This document shows positions 17,500 through 25,796 of a DNA stretch of 64,000 nucleotides, in pieces. A model generated the notes under the pieces. The model did not search any database, was not told where the DNA came from, and saw only the letters and a program-made list of their open reading frames with translations. Source of the DNA: Escherichia phage KKP 3954. Within the stretch, counting starts at the first letter, position 1; the number at the start of each line of letters is the position of its first letter. The DNA lies in sequence record OR067838.1. The stretch is one strand, 5' to 3'. The translations under genes were made by a program, and so were the position numbers.

Positions 17500-17694
17500 A
17501 TGTTCTTAGCCATTCTAATCGTTTTCAGTGTGCTTTCTTTTTATTGTATGAATGCTTCTGAAAACTTTCCTAAGAATTCAAAGAAAAGAACCGTATGTAT
17601 TGCGATTGATTCATGTATGTCTGGAGTTGGGTATGCGGTAGTTTCTTGTTTCTTAGCTTATCATTGTGCAAAATACCTGGAGGCATTTTTATGA
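17500..17694 (+). CDS. small membrane protein
   Basis: 64 aa, hydrophobic N-terminus. Confidence 0.4.
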   Translation: MFLAILIVFSVLSFYCMNASENFPKNSKKRTVCIAIDSCMSGVGYAVVSCFLAYHCAKYLEAFL

Positions 17695-17873
17695 TAATTT
17701 TAGCAACAATTCTTATGATGTTGATAGCCATTGCTATTGTAATTCTGGCATCTTTTCCGGCGGATAAATGGTATTTCAATATTCCACGTATGCTTGTTTT
17801 CGGTTTCGCAGGAATTTACATGGGTGAGACTGTAGTAAATATTAGCAACTTTCTAGAAAGCTATTTTAAATAA
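17691..17873 (+). CDS. small membrane protein
   Basis: Track ORF 17613..17873; GGAGG RBS supports start MIILATILMM; two hydrophobic segments. Confidence 0.45.
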   Translation: MIILATILMMLIAIAIVILASFPADKWYFNIPRMLVFGFAGIYMGETVVNISNFLESYFK

Positions 17874-17882
17874 GGAGTTATA

Positions 17883-18608
17883 ATGATCGAGAATTTTTTT
17901 AAAGATATTAAATTCGATACTGAATTTTTCAAAAATGCAGCAAAGCACGTGATTGACTGGAATGCCAAAGCACGAGGTGGTGAACAACCGGAATTCACTC
18001 AAGAGCTATTTATGTCCCAAATCGGGTTCGTTCGTGAAGAGCTTAAAGAGTATGAAACAGCCGCGAAAGTAAACGATCATGTAGAACTCTTGGATGCAGC
18101 AGCGGATATTTTTGTAGTATCAAGTTATCTGACTTACATGTTCTTTGGTGAAGAACATACGATGAATTTCTTGGACTATGCTGTAGGCGATGTTTTTACT
18201 CCAACTGTGTATACTGATTTTGATGCTTTGGAACAAACATTTACAGAGCCAGTTCAAATGGCACTAATGGCTGCTGGTATTATGCGTATGTCTCGTGACA
18301 CTCTAATCCGTTCAAAATATCCAGAAAAGAAAGTTATTAAAGAGGTATTGAAAAGTAATGATTCCAAGTATCCAACTAAACAACAGTTGCTGAAAACTTG
18401 GAAAACTTCAGATATCGATTCAGCCATTGCACAAGAATGCACTGCAATTGAAGAACGAAATGCCAATCGTCCAGAAGGAGCATACACTGGTGTTCATGCT
18501 GTTTATAATGAAAAACAGAAAGTGTATGTGTTCTTTGATGATAAAGGTAAGATCATGAAACCATCGACCTTTGTCAAACCTAATATTGCAGGTATTATTA
18601 ATAAGTAA
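17883..18608 (+). CDS. putative all-alpha NTP pyrophosphohydrolase (MazG/dUTPase-like)
   Basis: 241 aa; EELKEYETA ... ELLDAAADIF resembles the MazG EExxE/ExxD metal-binding pattern; weak. Confidence 0.35.
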   Translation: MIENFFKDIKFDTEFFKNAAKHVIDWNAKARGGEQPEFTQELFMSQIGFVREELKEYETAAKVNDHVELLDAAADIFVVSSYLTYMFFGEEHTMNFLDYAVGDVFTPTVYTDFDALEQTFTEPVQMALMAAGIMRMSRDTLIRSKYPEKKVIKEVLKSNDSKYPTKQQLLKTWKTSDIDSAIAQECTAIEERNANRPEGAYTGVHAVYNEKQKVYVFFDDKGKIMKPSTFVKPNIAGIINK

Positions 18609-18664
18609 TGTTGTAAGCCGCCCTTTATGGGCGGTAATGTGAGATGTATTAAATAGGAGGAAAC

Positions 18665-19543
18665 ATGTTTGTAAAATCTTTTAAATCCGCTCTGCCTATG
18701 GTTGTTGGTGACAATGCTTCTGTAGCATCCCTTAACAGCATTACAGATATTCCTCTGGAATTTGTAACAGCAGAAGGCTCCCAGTCACACACTATCGGTC
18801 TTGTTCGTTTCGAAGATGACTCTAAATTTGTAAAAGAGTTTTCAGATCTTGAACTGCTTAATGTAGGTCAATCTGTGAAGAAGGTAGATAAAAAGAAAGT
18901 TAAACGTATTCTGAATGAACGTCTAGAAGAAATGCGTCAGGACATGGAGAGCGAAGGTAAAGAGTTTTATGTCGATAAAGAAGTAGTCAAAGCAATGAAG
19001 GAAGATATTGAATTTGCACTATTGCCTGAAACAGAACCTGAAGATTTCTTTAACTATGTTGTCTTGGATAAAACTACGAATCTTCTTTATGTTCTTAATG
19101 GAAGTAAAAAGGTTGCAGAAGAGATTACTTCTTTCCTCCGTTCCGTTCTGGGGACTTTCCCTTCGGTAGGTTTTAGTGTGCACGAAGAAGCTATTGTAAA
19201 AGGTTTTGGTGAATTGCTGGAGAATCACGAAGCAGATCGTATTACTCTCGGAAATTATATCAAAATGGAGGATAGCGAGGGCGTTGTTGTTTGGAGTAAA
19301 GAATCTCTATACGAGTCTAAAGCTGTCGAACTAAAAGAAGATGGTAAAGATGTGGTTGCAATTGGTCTTGAATATGACGGTGTTGTAGATTTTGTAGTGG
19401 ATAAAGAGTTTAAACTTTCTAAACTACGTTTTCCGAAATATTTTGCAGACGAAGAAGGTAGTATTGAAGCTTCAGTTCTTCTGTGCTTCAATGAGATTCG
19501 AGGTCTGATGGAAGATTTAACCAAAGCAACAATCCTTAAATAA
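18665..19543 (+). CDS. hypothetical protein
   Basis: 292 aa; AGGAGG RBS. Confidence 0.6.
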   Translation: MFVKSFKSALPMVVGDNASVASLNSITDIPLEFVTAEGSQSHTIGLVRFEDDSKFVKEFSDLELLNVGQSVKKVDKKKVKRILNERLEEMRQDMESEGKEFYVDKEVVKAMKEDIEFALLPETEPEDFFNYVVLDKTTNLLYVLNGSKKVAEEITSFLRSVLGTFPSVGFSVHEEAIVKGFGELLENHEADRITLGNYIKMEDSEGVVVWSKESLYESKAVELKEDGKDVVAIGLEYDGVVDFVVDKEFKLSKLRFPKYFADEEGSIEASVLLCFNEIRGLMEDLTKATILK

Positions 19544-19547
19544 GTTC

Positions 19548-19605
19548 TTGACTTGCGGGATTAGTTATGATATTATGCCTACCTACTTAATGAGGTAGGC
19601 TTTTT
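19548..19605 (+). promoter_or_regulatory. composite promoter / terminator-like hairpin
   Basis: TTGACT-N17-TATTAT directly followed by GCCTACCT-loop-AGGTAGGC hairpin plus TTTTT, then RBS of the 19616 gene. Confidence 0.4.
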
Positions 19606-19615
19606 AGGAGGCGTT

Positions 19616-19825
19616 ATGAAAAAGATTCTGACAGTCGTTCTTTTAGCTTTTAGTTTCACAGTAGCAGCAGGTCAAATTACTTTAATCTTGTCTGATTCTG
19701 AAGTTAATGGCAACACAAAATATTGCTACTATTCTAACGCTAACCAAGATGAAGTTATAGCAATCCCGAAAAGTCGTCAATGTCCGTATACTAAAACATT
19801 CTCAACAGAGGATGACGATGAATAA
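19616..19825 (+). CDS. small secreted protein
   Basis: 69 aa; signal peptide MKKILTVVLLAFSFTVAAGQ. Confidence 0.5.
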   Translation: MKKILTVVLLAFSFTVAAGQITLILSDSEVNGNTKYCYYSNANQDEVIAIPKSRQCPYTKTFSTEDDDE

Positions 19826-19837
19826 TTAGGGGGAAAT

Positions 19838-20956
19838 ATTAGCGGTTATATTTTAATTAAACCTGAAGATCTTCATTTATATGTCAACGAAGAAACAATA
19901 GCTGCAATTGATTATGATCAGATCGCTTTCCAAGCAGCGTCTGCATTAGAGAAAAGAACAATCATTGCGAAGCACATCCCTTCGGGTGCTCAAAAGGAAT
20001 TTAAAAATAAGACAGAGTTTTGGGGTAAAAGCAAGACTAAAATTGGAGGTTGGCTAGGAGATACAAATGCAGAAAGAGCCTCCAAAAACAAACGTCCCTT
20101 CACAAAGGAAGAGTTCGAAATCATTGATAAGCAATACCCGCCAGAAGATATCGGACACACCTTCCAAGCAGCTAAAACAAAAGTCTTAGGTATTCTAAAA
20201 CATCTACGTTTAGAAAAATATTGCGGAGTTATTGGCGTAGGAAAAACTTTCAGACACGCCTTCAAAATGCCCGTAGAATATAAATCTGAACGGTTAGATA
20301 TCAAACCACTTCAGCTTTCAGAAACCAAAGATTATCTTGTGGAATTCCACAATGGTGATGTTGTTACTGTAATAGAGGCTGACGATGAGTTGGAGAAATA
20401 TGGTTTCCAGGGTTATAAAGATTATAAAAGGACGGGTAAATTTTCTTATATCGTAGTGTCTATCGATAAAGATAGTTTACATACTCCTAGTATCCTTTTT
20501 AATTTCTACAAAGAAGATGGAGTCTTTAAAAACCCAGATATAATTCTTATTGATGAATCTATTGGCGACATATGGATCGTAGATAAAGGTAAAAAGAAAG
20601 AAGTTAAAGGTTGGGGCAGTTACTGGTTAGCATATCAAATGCTAATGGGAGATAAAACAGATAGTATCCGACCTTATCAAGATTTTGATATTAAGTTTGG
20701 AGATATTACTTGTTTTAATCTTCTTTCAGCTTGTAAAACTCAAGCAGAGCTTTTCCAAACAGTTAAAGATACTTACTACTCATGGTTCCCAGATGGTGTT
20801 AATTTTACTTCTTGGGATGGAGAAGAAGTCCATATGACAACAGATGAATGGATAGAAACAATTTTCCAGTTGGTATACATGAAACGCTGGGATAATGACG
20901 ATACAACATTTGAGAGTATGCTTCAGTCATACATCTCACAACAGGAGGCAGAGTGA
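19838..20956 (+). CDS. rnh: RNase H / 5'-3' exonuclease (T4 rnh-like), apparent non-AUG start
   Basis: Frame open from 19826; IAAIDYDQIA, EADDELEKYG, VVSIDKDS, LMGDKTDSI resemble T4 RNase H acidic clusters; no ATG/GTG/TTG in frame before 20267; GGGGG RBS then ATT. Confidence 0.55.
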   Translation: MSGYILIKPEDLHLYVNEETIAAIDYDQIAFQAASALEKRTIIAKHIPSGAQKEFKNKTEFWGKSKTKIGGWLGDTNAERASKNKRPFTKEEFEIIDKQYPPEDIGHTFQAAKTKVLGILKHLRLEKYCGVIGVGKTFRHAFKMPVEYKSERLDIKPLQLSETKDYLVEFHNGDVVTVIEADDELEKYGFQGYKDYKRTGKFSYIVVSIDKDSLHTPSILFNFYKEDGVFKNPDIILIDESIGDIWIVDKGKKKEVKGWGSYWLAYQMLMGDKTDSIRPYQDFDIKFGDITCFNLLSACKTQAELFQTVKDTYYSWFPDGVNFTSWDGEEVHMTTDEWIETIFQLVYMKRWDNDDTTFESMLQSYISQQEAE

Positions 20957-21603
20957 GCAGATTAACAGAAGAGCAGAAAGCAGATATCCTTAGTATGAGT
21001 GCAGAGGGTATGTCTTCTCGCAATATTGCAGCAATTGTTTTAGGTAGTCCAACAAGAAAAAGCACAGTAAATGATTTCCTTGCACGTTTCGGTGCAAGTA
21101 AACAAGAGCCAGTTAAAAAGAAACAACCAGTTATTAAAATTATTGATGTTGAAACTGCACCAGAGATTGCATATACTTTCCGTCGATTCAAAGCCTTCAT
21201 TTCTCCAGACCAGGTAATTCGTAGGGGTTATTTGTTATCTTACTCTTCTGCTGATTTGTATACAGGTGAAGTAGAAGGTAAGAACTTATCTTCTTATCCT
21301 CTTTTCGATATCGATCATACAGACGATTGGGAGCTTTGCCAAGATCTTTGGAACCTTCTGAATGAGGCAGATGTAGTTGTGGCACACAACGGGTATAAGT
21401 TTGACCGTGCATACATTAACCAACGATTTGCATATCACGATATGGCTCCTCCTTCTAATTATGTAGTTGTTGATACATTGAAGGCAGCTAAGAAACAATT
21501 TGCACTTCCTTCCAACTCCCTTAAAGAAATGGGAGCATATTTCGAAACAGAAAGTGAAAAACTGGATAACGAGGGGTTCCCCTTTATGGAAAGCATGTTG
21601 TGA
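20953..21603 (+). CDS. DEDDy-type 3'-5' exonuclease with N-terminal HTH, N-terminal part (frame-disrupted)
   Basis: Exo I IDVETAPE, Exo II VVAHNGYKFD; reading frame ends at 21603 before Exo III. Confidence 0.55.
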   Translation: MSRLTEEQKADILSMSAEGMSSRNIAAIVLGSPTRKSTVNDFLARFGASKQEPVKKKQPVIKIIDVETAPEIAYTFRRFKAFISPDQVIRRGYLLSYSSADLYTGEVEGKNLSSYPLFDIDHTDDWELCQDLWNLLNEADVVVAHNGYKFDRAYINQRFAYHDMAPPSNYVVVDTLKAAKKQFALPSNSLKEMGAYFETESEKLDNEGFPFMESML

Positions 21604-21913
21604 AGGTGATCGTGATGCTTTTGAACGTATGCAGATTTACAATGATGGCGATGTTGTTTCACTCCGTGATTTGTATATGAAAATCCTTCCGTGGATTCCA
21701 CAGCATCCTAACTTATCCGCTTATTACCCAGATGAGAAGGTCCGTTGTTCTCGTTGTGGCAGTGATCACGTTCACGTTGTTACTGGTAAACAATACCACA
21801 CTGCGGTAAGTTCTTTCGATATCATTCGTTGTGAATCTTGCGGAGGTTTGTCACGTAGTAGAGCAAACACCAGATCCAAGGATAAACGAGCAGCAACTAT
21901 CATCGGAATCTAA
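21500..21913 (+). CDS. C-terminal part of the same exonuclease in another frame
   Basis: Exo III-like YNDGD; Cys-rich zinc-ribbon tail CSRCGSDH ... CESCGG. Confidence 0.45.
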   Translation: MHFLPTPLKKWEHISKQKVKNWITRGSPLWKACCEGDRDAFERMQIYNDGDVVSLRDLYMKILPWIPQHPNLSAYYPDEKVRCSRCGSDHVHVVTGKQYHTAVSSFDIIRCESCGGLSRSRANTRSKDKRAATIIGI

Positions 21914-21919
21914 TAATAA

Positions 21920-21945
21920 GGGAGCTTCTTGCTCCCTTTTTTATT
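21920..21945 (+). terminator. rho-independent terminator
   Basis: GGGAGC-TTCTT-GCTCCC hairpin followed by TTTTTTATT. Confidence 0.6.
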
Positions 21946-21972
21946 GACAAAAATTTGATATTAGTGTATACT
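21944..21972 (+). promoter_or_regulatory. sigma70-consensus promoter
   Basis: TTGACA-N17-TATACT. Confidence 0.5.
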
Positions 21973-21999
21973 CTGCTAACCACAATAAAAGGAGGAAAT

Positions 22000-22227
22000 A
22001 TGAGCATTACATTAACAGGTAACGAAATTTTCGAACTGTTTGAAATGTTAGGTTTGAACTATACCATCGAGAAAGACCCAGATTTACTTGACGTTGAAAT
22101 AACAATTCAAGAAGATACAGCAATCTACAATGACGATGGTGATGTTATCTATCAAGGTAGGGTAGCTTATTATACAGACTACCCAGAAGAAGGCGCAGTA
22201 GGAATTCAGGAGGAAAATTATGTCTAA
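22000..22227 (+). CDS. hypothetical protein
   Basis: Track ORF 21955..22227; AGGAGG RBS supports start MSITLTGNE. Confidence 0.5.
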   Translation: MSITLTGNEIFELFEMLGLNYTIEKDPDLLDVEITIQEDTAIYNDDGDVIYQGRVAYYTDYPEEGAVGIQEENYV

Positions 22228-22615
22228 TGCTTTTGATAATCAGGTTGACGGTGATCACTACACAAAAATGGCAATGCAACCTATCGAATTAGCTTATTTG
22301 GTTGGTGGCACACCTTGTTTTTGCAAATTGGCAAAATACGCAACACGTATTAAAGGTGAGCGTCAGATTAACCTGGATAAAGCTATCCATTGTATTGAAC
22401 TGGAAAGAACGCTCATGGAAAATAACACGTATATGGTTCGTGAAAATTATCCGTCTATGACTAGTGCAGCTAAACATGATCAAGCTATGCTTCTTATCGA
22501 TTTCTTCACAAAAGATCCTTTAATCCGAGTAGCACTGAAACACATGTATAACTCTTCTTATGTAGATGCAATCGAAGCTATTAAACAACTTAAGGAACGT
22601 ATTAGTGGCGAGTAA
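22220..22615 (+). CDS. hypothetical protein
   Basis: 131 aa; ATGtctaATG overlap with upstream gene. Confidence 0.5.
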   Translation: MSNAFDNQVDGDHYTKMAMQPIELAYLVGGTPCFCKLAKYATRIKGERQINLDKAIHCIELERTLMENNTYMVRENYPSMTSAAKHDQAMLLIDFFTKDPLIRVALKHMYNSSYVDAIEAIKQLKERISGE

Positions 22616-22788
22616 TACTAAACAATATGGAGCAGGAGAAGTTTATAAAATATTCAACCGCAAAGGTGATAAACTTTTACTAACTTTGACTATTCCAGAA
22701 ACAATGTGCAAGGCGGGGTTAGACCGCCTTTTGTTTTTTAAACATAATATCCCACCAGGGGAATATACAGCTAAAAAGGTGAGCAATA

Positions 22789-23364
22789 TTGGCAGGTGAA
22801 CCAAAAATAATGTGGGGTGAAGGAACACCCTGGAAAACACAAGCTGAATTTTATACTTATCTTAGGGGATGTTTTAGAAAAGCATGGATGAGACACCCTA
22901 ATAAAATTAAGGTTATCAATGCAAGGCGTTTTAAAGTTGATCGTGTAGATAAAGACGGCAATGTAATGATAGACAAGAAAACTGGAAAACCAAAACAAGT
23001 TTGGAATTGTGAGTGTGAAATATGTGGACATAGAGGAGGAATGAAAGACTTCCAAGTGGATCATATTCACGCAGCAAAACAACTTCAATGTTTTGATGAT
23101 ATTCCTCTTTTTGTTTTCCGTTTAATCTATGTGAAAGAAGAAGATTTGCGCATGGTTTGTAAATTGTGCAACTCTATTCTTGCTTATGCAGACAAACAAG
23201 GTATATCTTTTGAAGAAGCGAAAGCTGAAAAAGAGGCGATAGCTTTGTGTAGAGCTAAGAAAGATAAAGCTTGGTTGAAGAAGCGTAAAATAGAACCTGA
23301 AAGCACAGTAGCAAAACGCCGTAAACAAATAGTCAAAATCCTATTGCAGGAAATTGAAAGTTAG
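22789..23364 (+). CDS. HNH endonuclease
   Basis: 191 aa; CECEICGH ... FQVDHIHA ... CKLCN zinc-binding HNH motif; start uncertain. Confidence 0.6.
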   Translation: MAGEPKIMWGEGTPWKTQAEFYTYLRGCFRKAWMRHPNKIKVINARRFKVDRVDKDGNVMIDKKTGKPKQVWNCECEICGHRGGMKDFQVDHIHAAKQLQCFDDIPLFVFRLIYVKEEDLRMVCKLCNSILAYADKQGISFEEAKAEKEAIALCRAKKDKAWLKKRKIEPESTVAKRRKQIVKILLQEIES

Positions 23365-23400
23365 TATAAGATAACTATACTAAAAGAGAGAGGAGGTTTT

Positions 23401-24009
23401 ATGCAGATAGTATGTGATTGGGATTTAGTTGTGGCTCCGTTAGATGTTGCTTGGTTAGAATGGTTGAATAAGATTAGTGGCCTTGGTGTTAAAATCGACA
23501 CATTCACAAAAAATGCAGATTATGATCTTACCAACTATTTTCCTGGTTTCAGGGAAGAGTTCAACATAGATCCTTACGGATTTCTGGATAATCCTCATCT
23601 CTACGATACAATGGGTTTTGTTCCAGGTATGCCAGATTTCTTAAAGTATGTTTCAAGGAAAGGTAGCAATCTTTTGATCGCGAGTGTGACAAAAGGTGGT
23701 CACTTAAGTTCTAAACATAAACATGTTTTAAGAACATTAGATACGATTGATTTTAGCAAAGGATCTGGTAACGGCTTTTTTGCTACGAAAGAAAAATACT
23801 TATTACCTTGTGATATAGCAATAGATGACAGGGCTGATAACCTATTATATTTTCCAGATGAAGTAGTTAAAATATATTTTAATACACCTTATAAAGATAA
23901 CCATCTAGAAGAACTAAAGAAAAAACCAAATGTTGTGATCACAGGTTTAGAAGATCAGTGGCTAACATGTTTGGATGTTTTTAACACTTTGAACAATTTT
24001 AAAAACTAA
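23401..24009 (+). CDS. 5'(3')-deoxyribonucleotidase (HAD superfamily)
   Basis: 202 aa; HAD motif I VCDWDLVV (DxDxV) and C-terminal AIDDRADN. Confidence 0.55.
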   Translation: MQIVCDWDLVVAPLDVAWLEWLNKISGLGVKIDTFTKNADYDLTNYFPGFREEFNIDPYGFLDNPHLYDTMGFVPGMPDFLKYVSRKGSNLLIASVTKGGHLSSKHKHVLRTLDTIDFSKGSGNGFFATKEKYLLPCDIAIDDRADNLLYFPDEVVKIYFNTPYKDNHLEELKKKPNVVITGLEDQWLTCLDVFNTLNNFKN

Positions 24010-24019
24010 GGAGAAAAAA

Positions 24020-24433
24020 ATGACAAAACAGATTTCGGCTAGTATTATTGCACATTCCATCACTGAAGACGGAAAAGAGATTGTAACTTTCGAACTTGAA
24101 TATCCACGTATTATTCATTCAGAACTGATGACTCACCGCCTGTTCAGTCGTAACGCTGCTTCTAGCCGTGCTATACCTGTTAAAACACTGATCGAAATGG
24201 TGCGAAATCAGCCTGCTCGTCCTTATCGTTTTGGTGCTAACCAACCTGGTATGCAGGACAAAGGTGTTGACCATGATGCTCTTATTGATGCAGGTTATAC
24301 TGCTCAAGAGTGGTGGGATCTTGCCGCGCTTAGCGCAGCACGTTTTGCAGAAGAATTCTCTTTGGCAGGGAATACCACAAACAAGTTGCAAACCGTCTTC
24401 TGGAACCTTTCCAACGAATTAAAACAGTTCTGA
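24020..24433 (+). CDS. ThyX-like protein, N-terminal reading frame
   Basis: THRLFSRNAASSRAIP resembles the ThyX RHRxxSxxxxSxR motif; frame ends at 24433. Confidence 0.45.
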   Translation: MTKQISASIIAHSITEDGKEIVTFELEYPRIIHSELMTHRLFSRNAASSRAIPVKTLIEMVRNQPARPYRFGANQPGMQDKGVDHDALIDAGYTAQEWWDLAALSAARFAEEFSLAGNTTNKLQTVFWNLSNELKQF

Positions 24434-24501
24434 CAGCAACAGAATATGAAAATTTCTGGTGGCTACGTGATGACAAAGAAGCCGATCCTACTATCGAAGC
24501 T

Positions 24502-25020
24502 TTGGCTAAAGAGATGCACAAAGAGTATGAAGAATCTACACCAGAAGTGCTGAAACCAGGGCAATGGCACACACCTTATGTAGACCATTTCTATGATAAT
24601 ATTGGCACAGAAGGTGACGATCATTTTGTTTTTGGTGGATACTACGTTCAAGATGAATCTGGAGAAGTTGTTGTGCTTACTTTGGAAGAAGCTAAAGCTA
24701 TTTCAGCTTCGTGTTGTGCACAGGTTAGCTATCGTCGTTTGAATGCAACTAAAGATAAAGCTTTAGATATTTATGGTCGTTTGCTAACTGGGCGCAAGGT
24801 TCATGCTTCTCCATTTGAACATCAAGCCACCCCAATGCAAGAAACATGCGAACAATACGGAGAGAACTGTTTTGAAGATTTGTTTATCAATGCTCCTTGG
24901 GATTTTAACTCTTGGGAACCAGGTATTACCCATGTAGATCGTAATGGTAAGTTTTGGTCTGGCAATTTCAAAGGTTGGATTCAACATCGTCAACTTTTAA
25001 CAAATCATACTAAATGGTGA
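24502..25020 (+). CDS. ThyX-like protein, C-terminal reading frame
   Basis: Frame open from 24334, overlapping upstream frame by about 100 nt; ENFWWLRDDKEADPTIEAL and HASPFEHQ are ThyX-like. Confidence 0.45.
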   Translation: MAKEMHKEYEESTPEVLKPGQWHTPYVDHFYDNIGTEGDDHFVFGGYYVQDESGEVVVLTLEEAKAISASCCAQVSYRRLNATKDKALDIYGRLLTGRKVHASPFEHQATPMQETCEQYGENCFEDLFINAPWDFNSWEPGITHVDRNGKFWSGNFKGWIQHRQLLTNHTKW

Positions 25021-25036
25021 TCTGTTTAAATAGTTA

Positions 25037-25064
25037 TTGACTTTAGTATTAGTTTTAGTATAAT
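25037..25064 (+). promoter_or_regulatory. sigma70-consensus promoter
   Basis: TTGACT-N16/17-TATAAT upstream of the 25119 gene. Confidence 0.5.
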
Positions 25065-25118
25065 ATAGCACAATACTGGGAGGAGGTGAGTCCTCCCATT
25101 CAAAACGAAGGAGAAAAT

Positions 25119-25529
25119 ATGTCATTAGTAAATACTACAACTTGGGCTACCGTAAGCATGTCTACTGTAATGTCTACCCCTATCTGGAAACTAGAATCAA
25201 ATAAACACAATGGCAATATCCCACACGAGAAACAAAATGCTGTTATTAGAGCGTCGCTTGTAATGCTGGGTATGGCTGAAGATTCACACTATTCTGTTGA
25301 GCGTAATGTGAATATCCGAAGCAATAACGATAAGCGAGTAGTGTTTGCAAATACAACGCTTTTCACTTTCCCTGTTTCACCTAATTGTGGTTTTAAACGA
25401 ATCTATCAAGAAAATGATATTTTTCATTTTGGTGATGAAGAATTTACAGGTTGGGGTGCGTCACATATTAAGATGGATGATTTCGGTAACTCTTATGATC
25501 CTGCGAAAGCAGATGATACTAATCAATGA
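25119..25529 (+). CDS. hypothetical protein
   Basis: Track ORF 25086..25529; AAGGAG RBS supports start MSLVNTTTW. Confidence 0.5.
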   Translation: MSLVNTTTWATVSMSTVMSTPIWKLESNKHNGNIPHEKQNAVIRASLVMLGMAEDSHYSVERNVNIRSNNDKRVVFANTTLFTFPVSPNCGFKRIYQENDIFHFGDEEFTGWGASHIKMDDFGNSYDPAKADDTNQ

Positions 25530-25780
25530 GAGGGACAATGACTGATAATAAATATGAAGGCTGTGAAATCGAAGTCTATTTTGATGAAACTGTTGGTTGT
25601 AATGTAACTGTAATTCTAGACACTTCAAAACGTTTATCTCCTAAAAGACAAGAAGCAGATCGTCGAGCAAAAGCAAAAGGGTTTGATGACATAACTCATT
25701 TTGAAGGTTTTCTATATGCTAATGGACTTTTTAATGAAATGAAGTTCGGTTATGATGTAGATGTTTTGAATATGCATTAA
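25526..25780 (+). CDS. hypothetical protein
   Basis: 84 aa; ATGA overlap. Confidence 0.5.
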   Translation: MRGTMTDNKYEGCEIEVYFDETVGCNVTVILDTSKRLSPKRQEADRRAKAKGFDDITHFEGFLYANGLFNEMKFGYDVDVLNMH

Positions 25781-25796
25781 TAATAGGGAGGAGAAG

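Noticed and set aside
19990-20304. 104-aa minus-strand ORF overlapping the RNase H-like gene
   Set aside because: Antisense to a conserved plus-strand coding region whose translation aligns motif-by-motif with T4 RNase H; the plus-strand frame is the real one.
20953-21913. Reading the exonuclease as the proofreading domain of a DNA polymerase
   Set aside because: The Exo I-III motifs resemble polymerase proofreading domains, but the total length (about 320 aa) and the absence of any downstream polymerase motifs make a stand-alone exonuclease more likely.
22566-22799. 77-aa plus-strand ORF overlapping the end of the 22220-22615 gene and abutting the HNH gene
   Set aside because: No RBS and a 50-nt overlap with the upstream gene; may instead be the displaced N-terminus of the HNH endonuclease, but this could not be resolved by eye.
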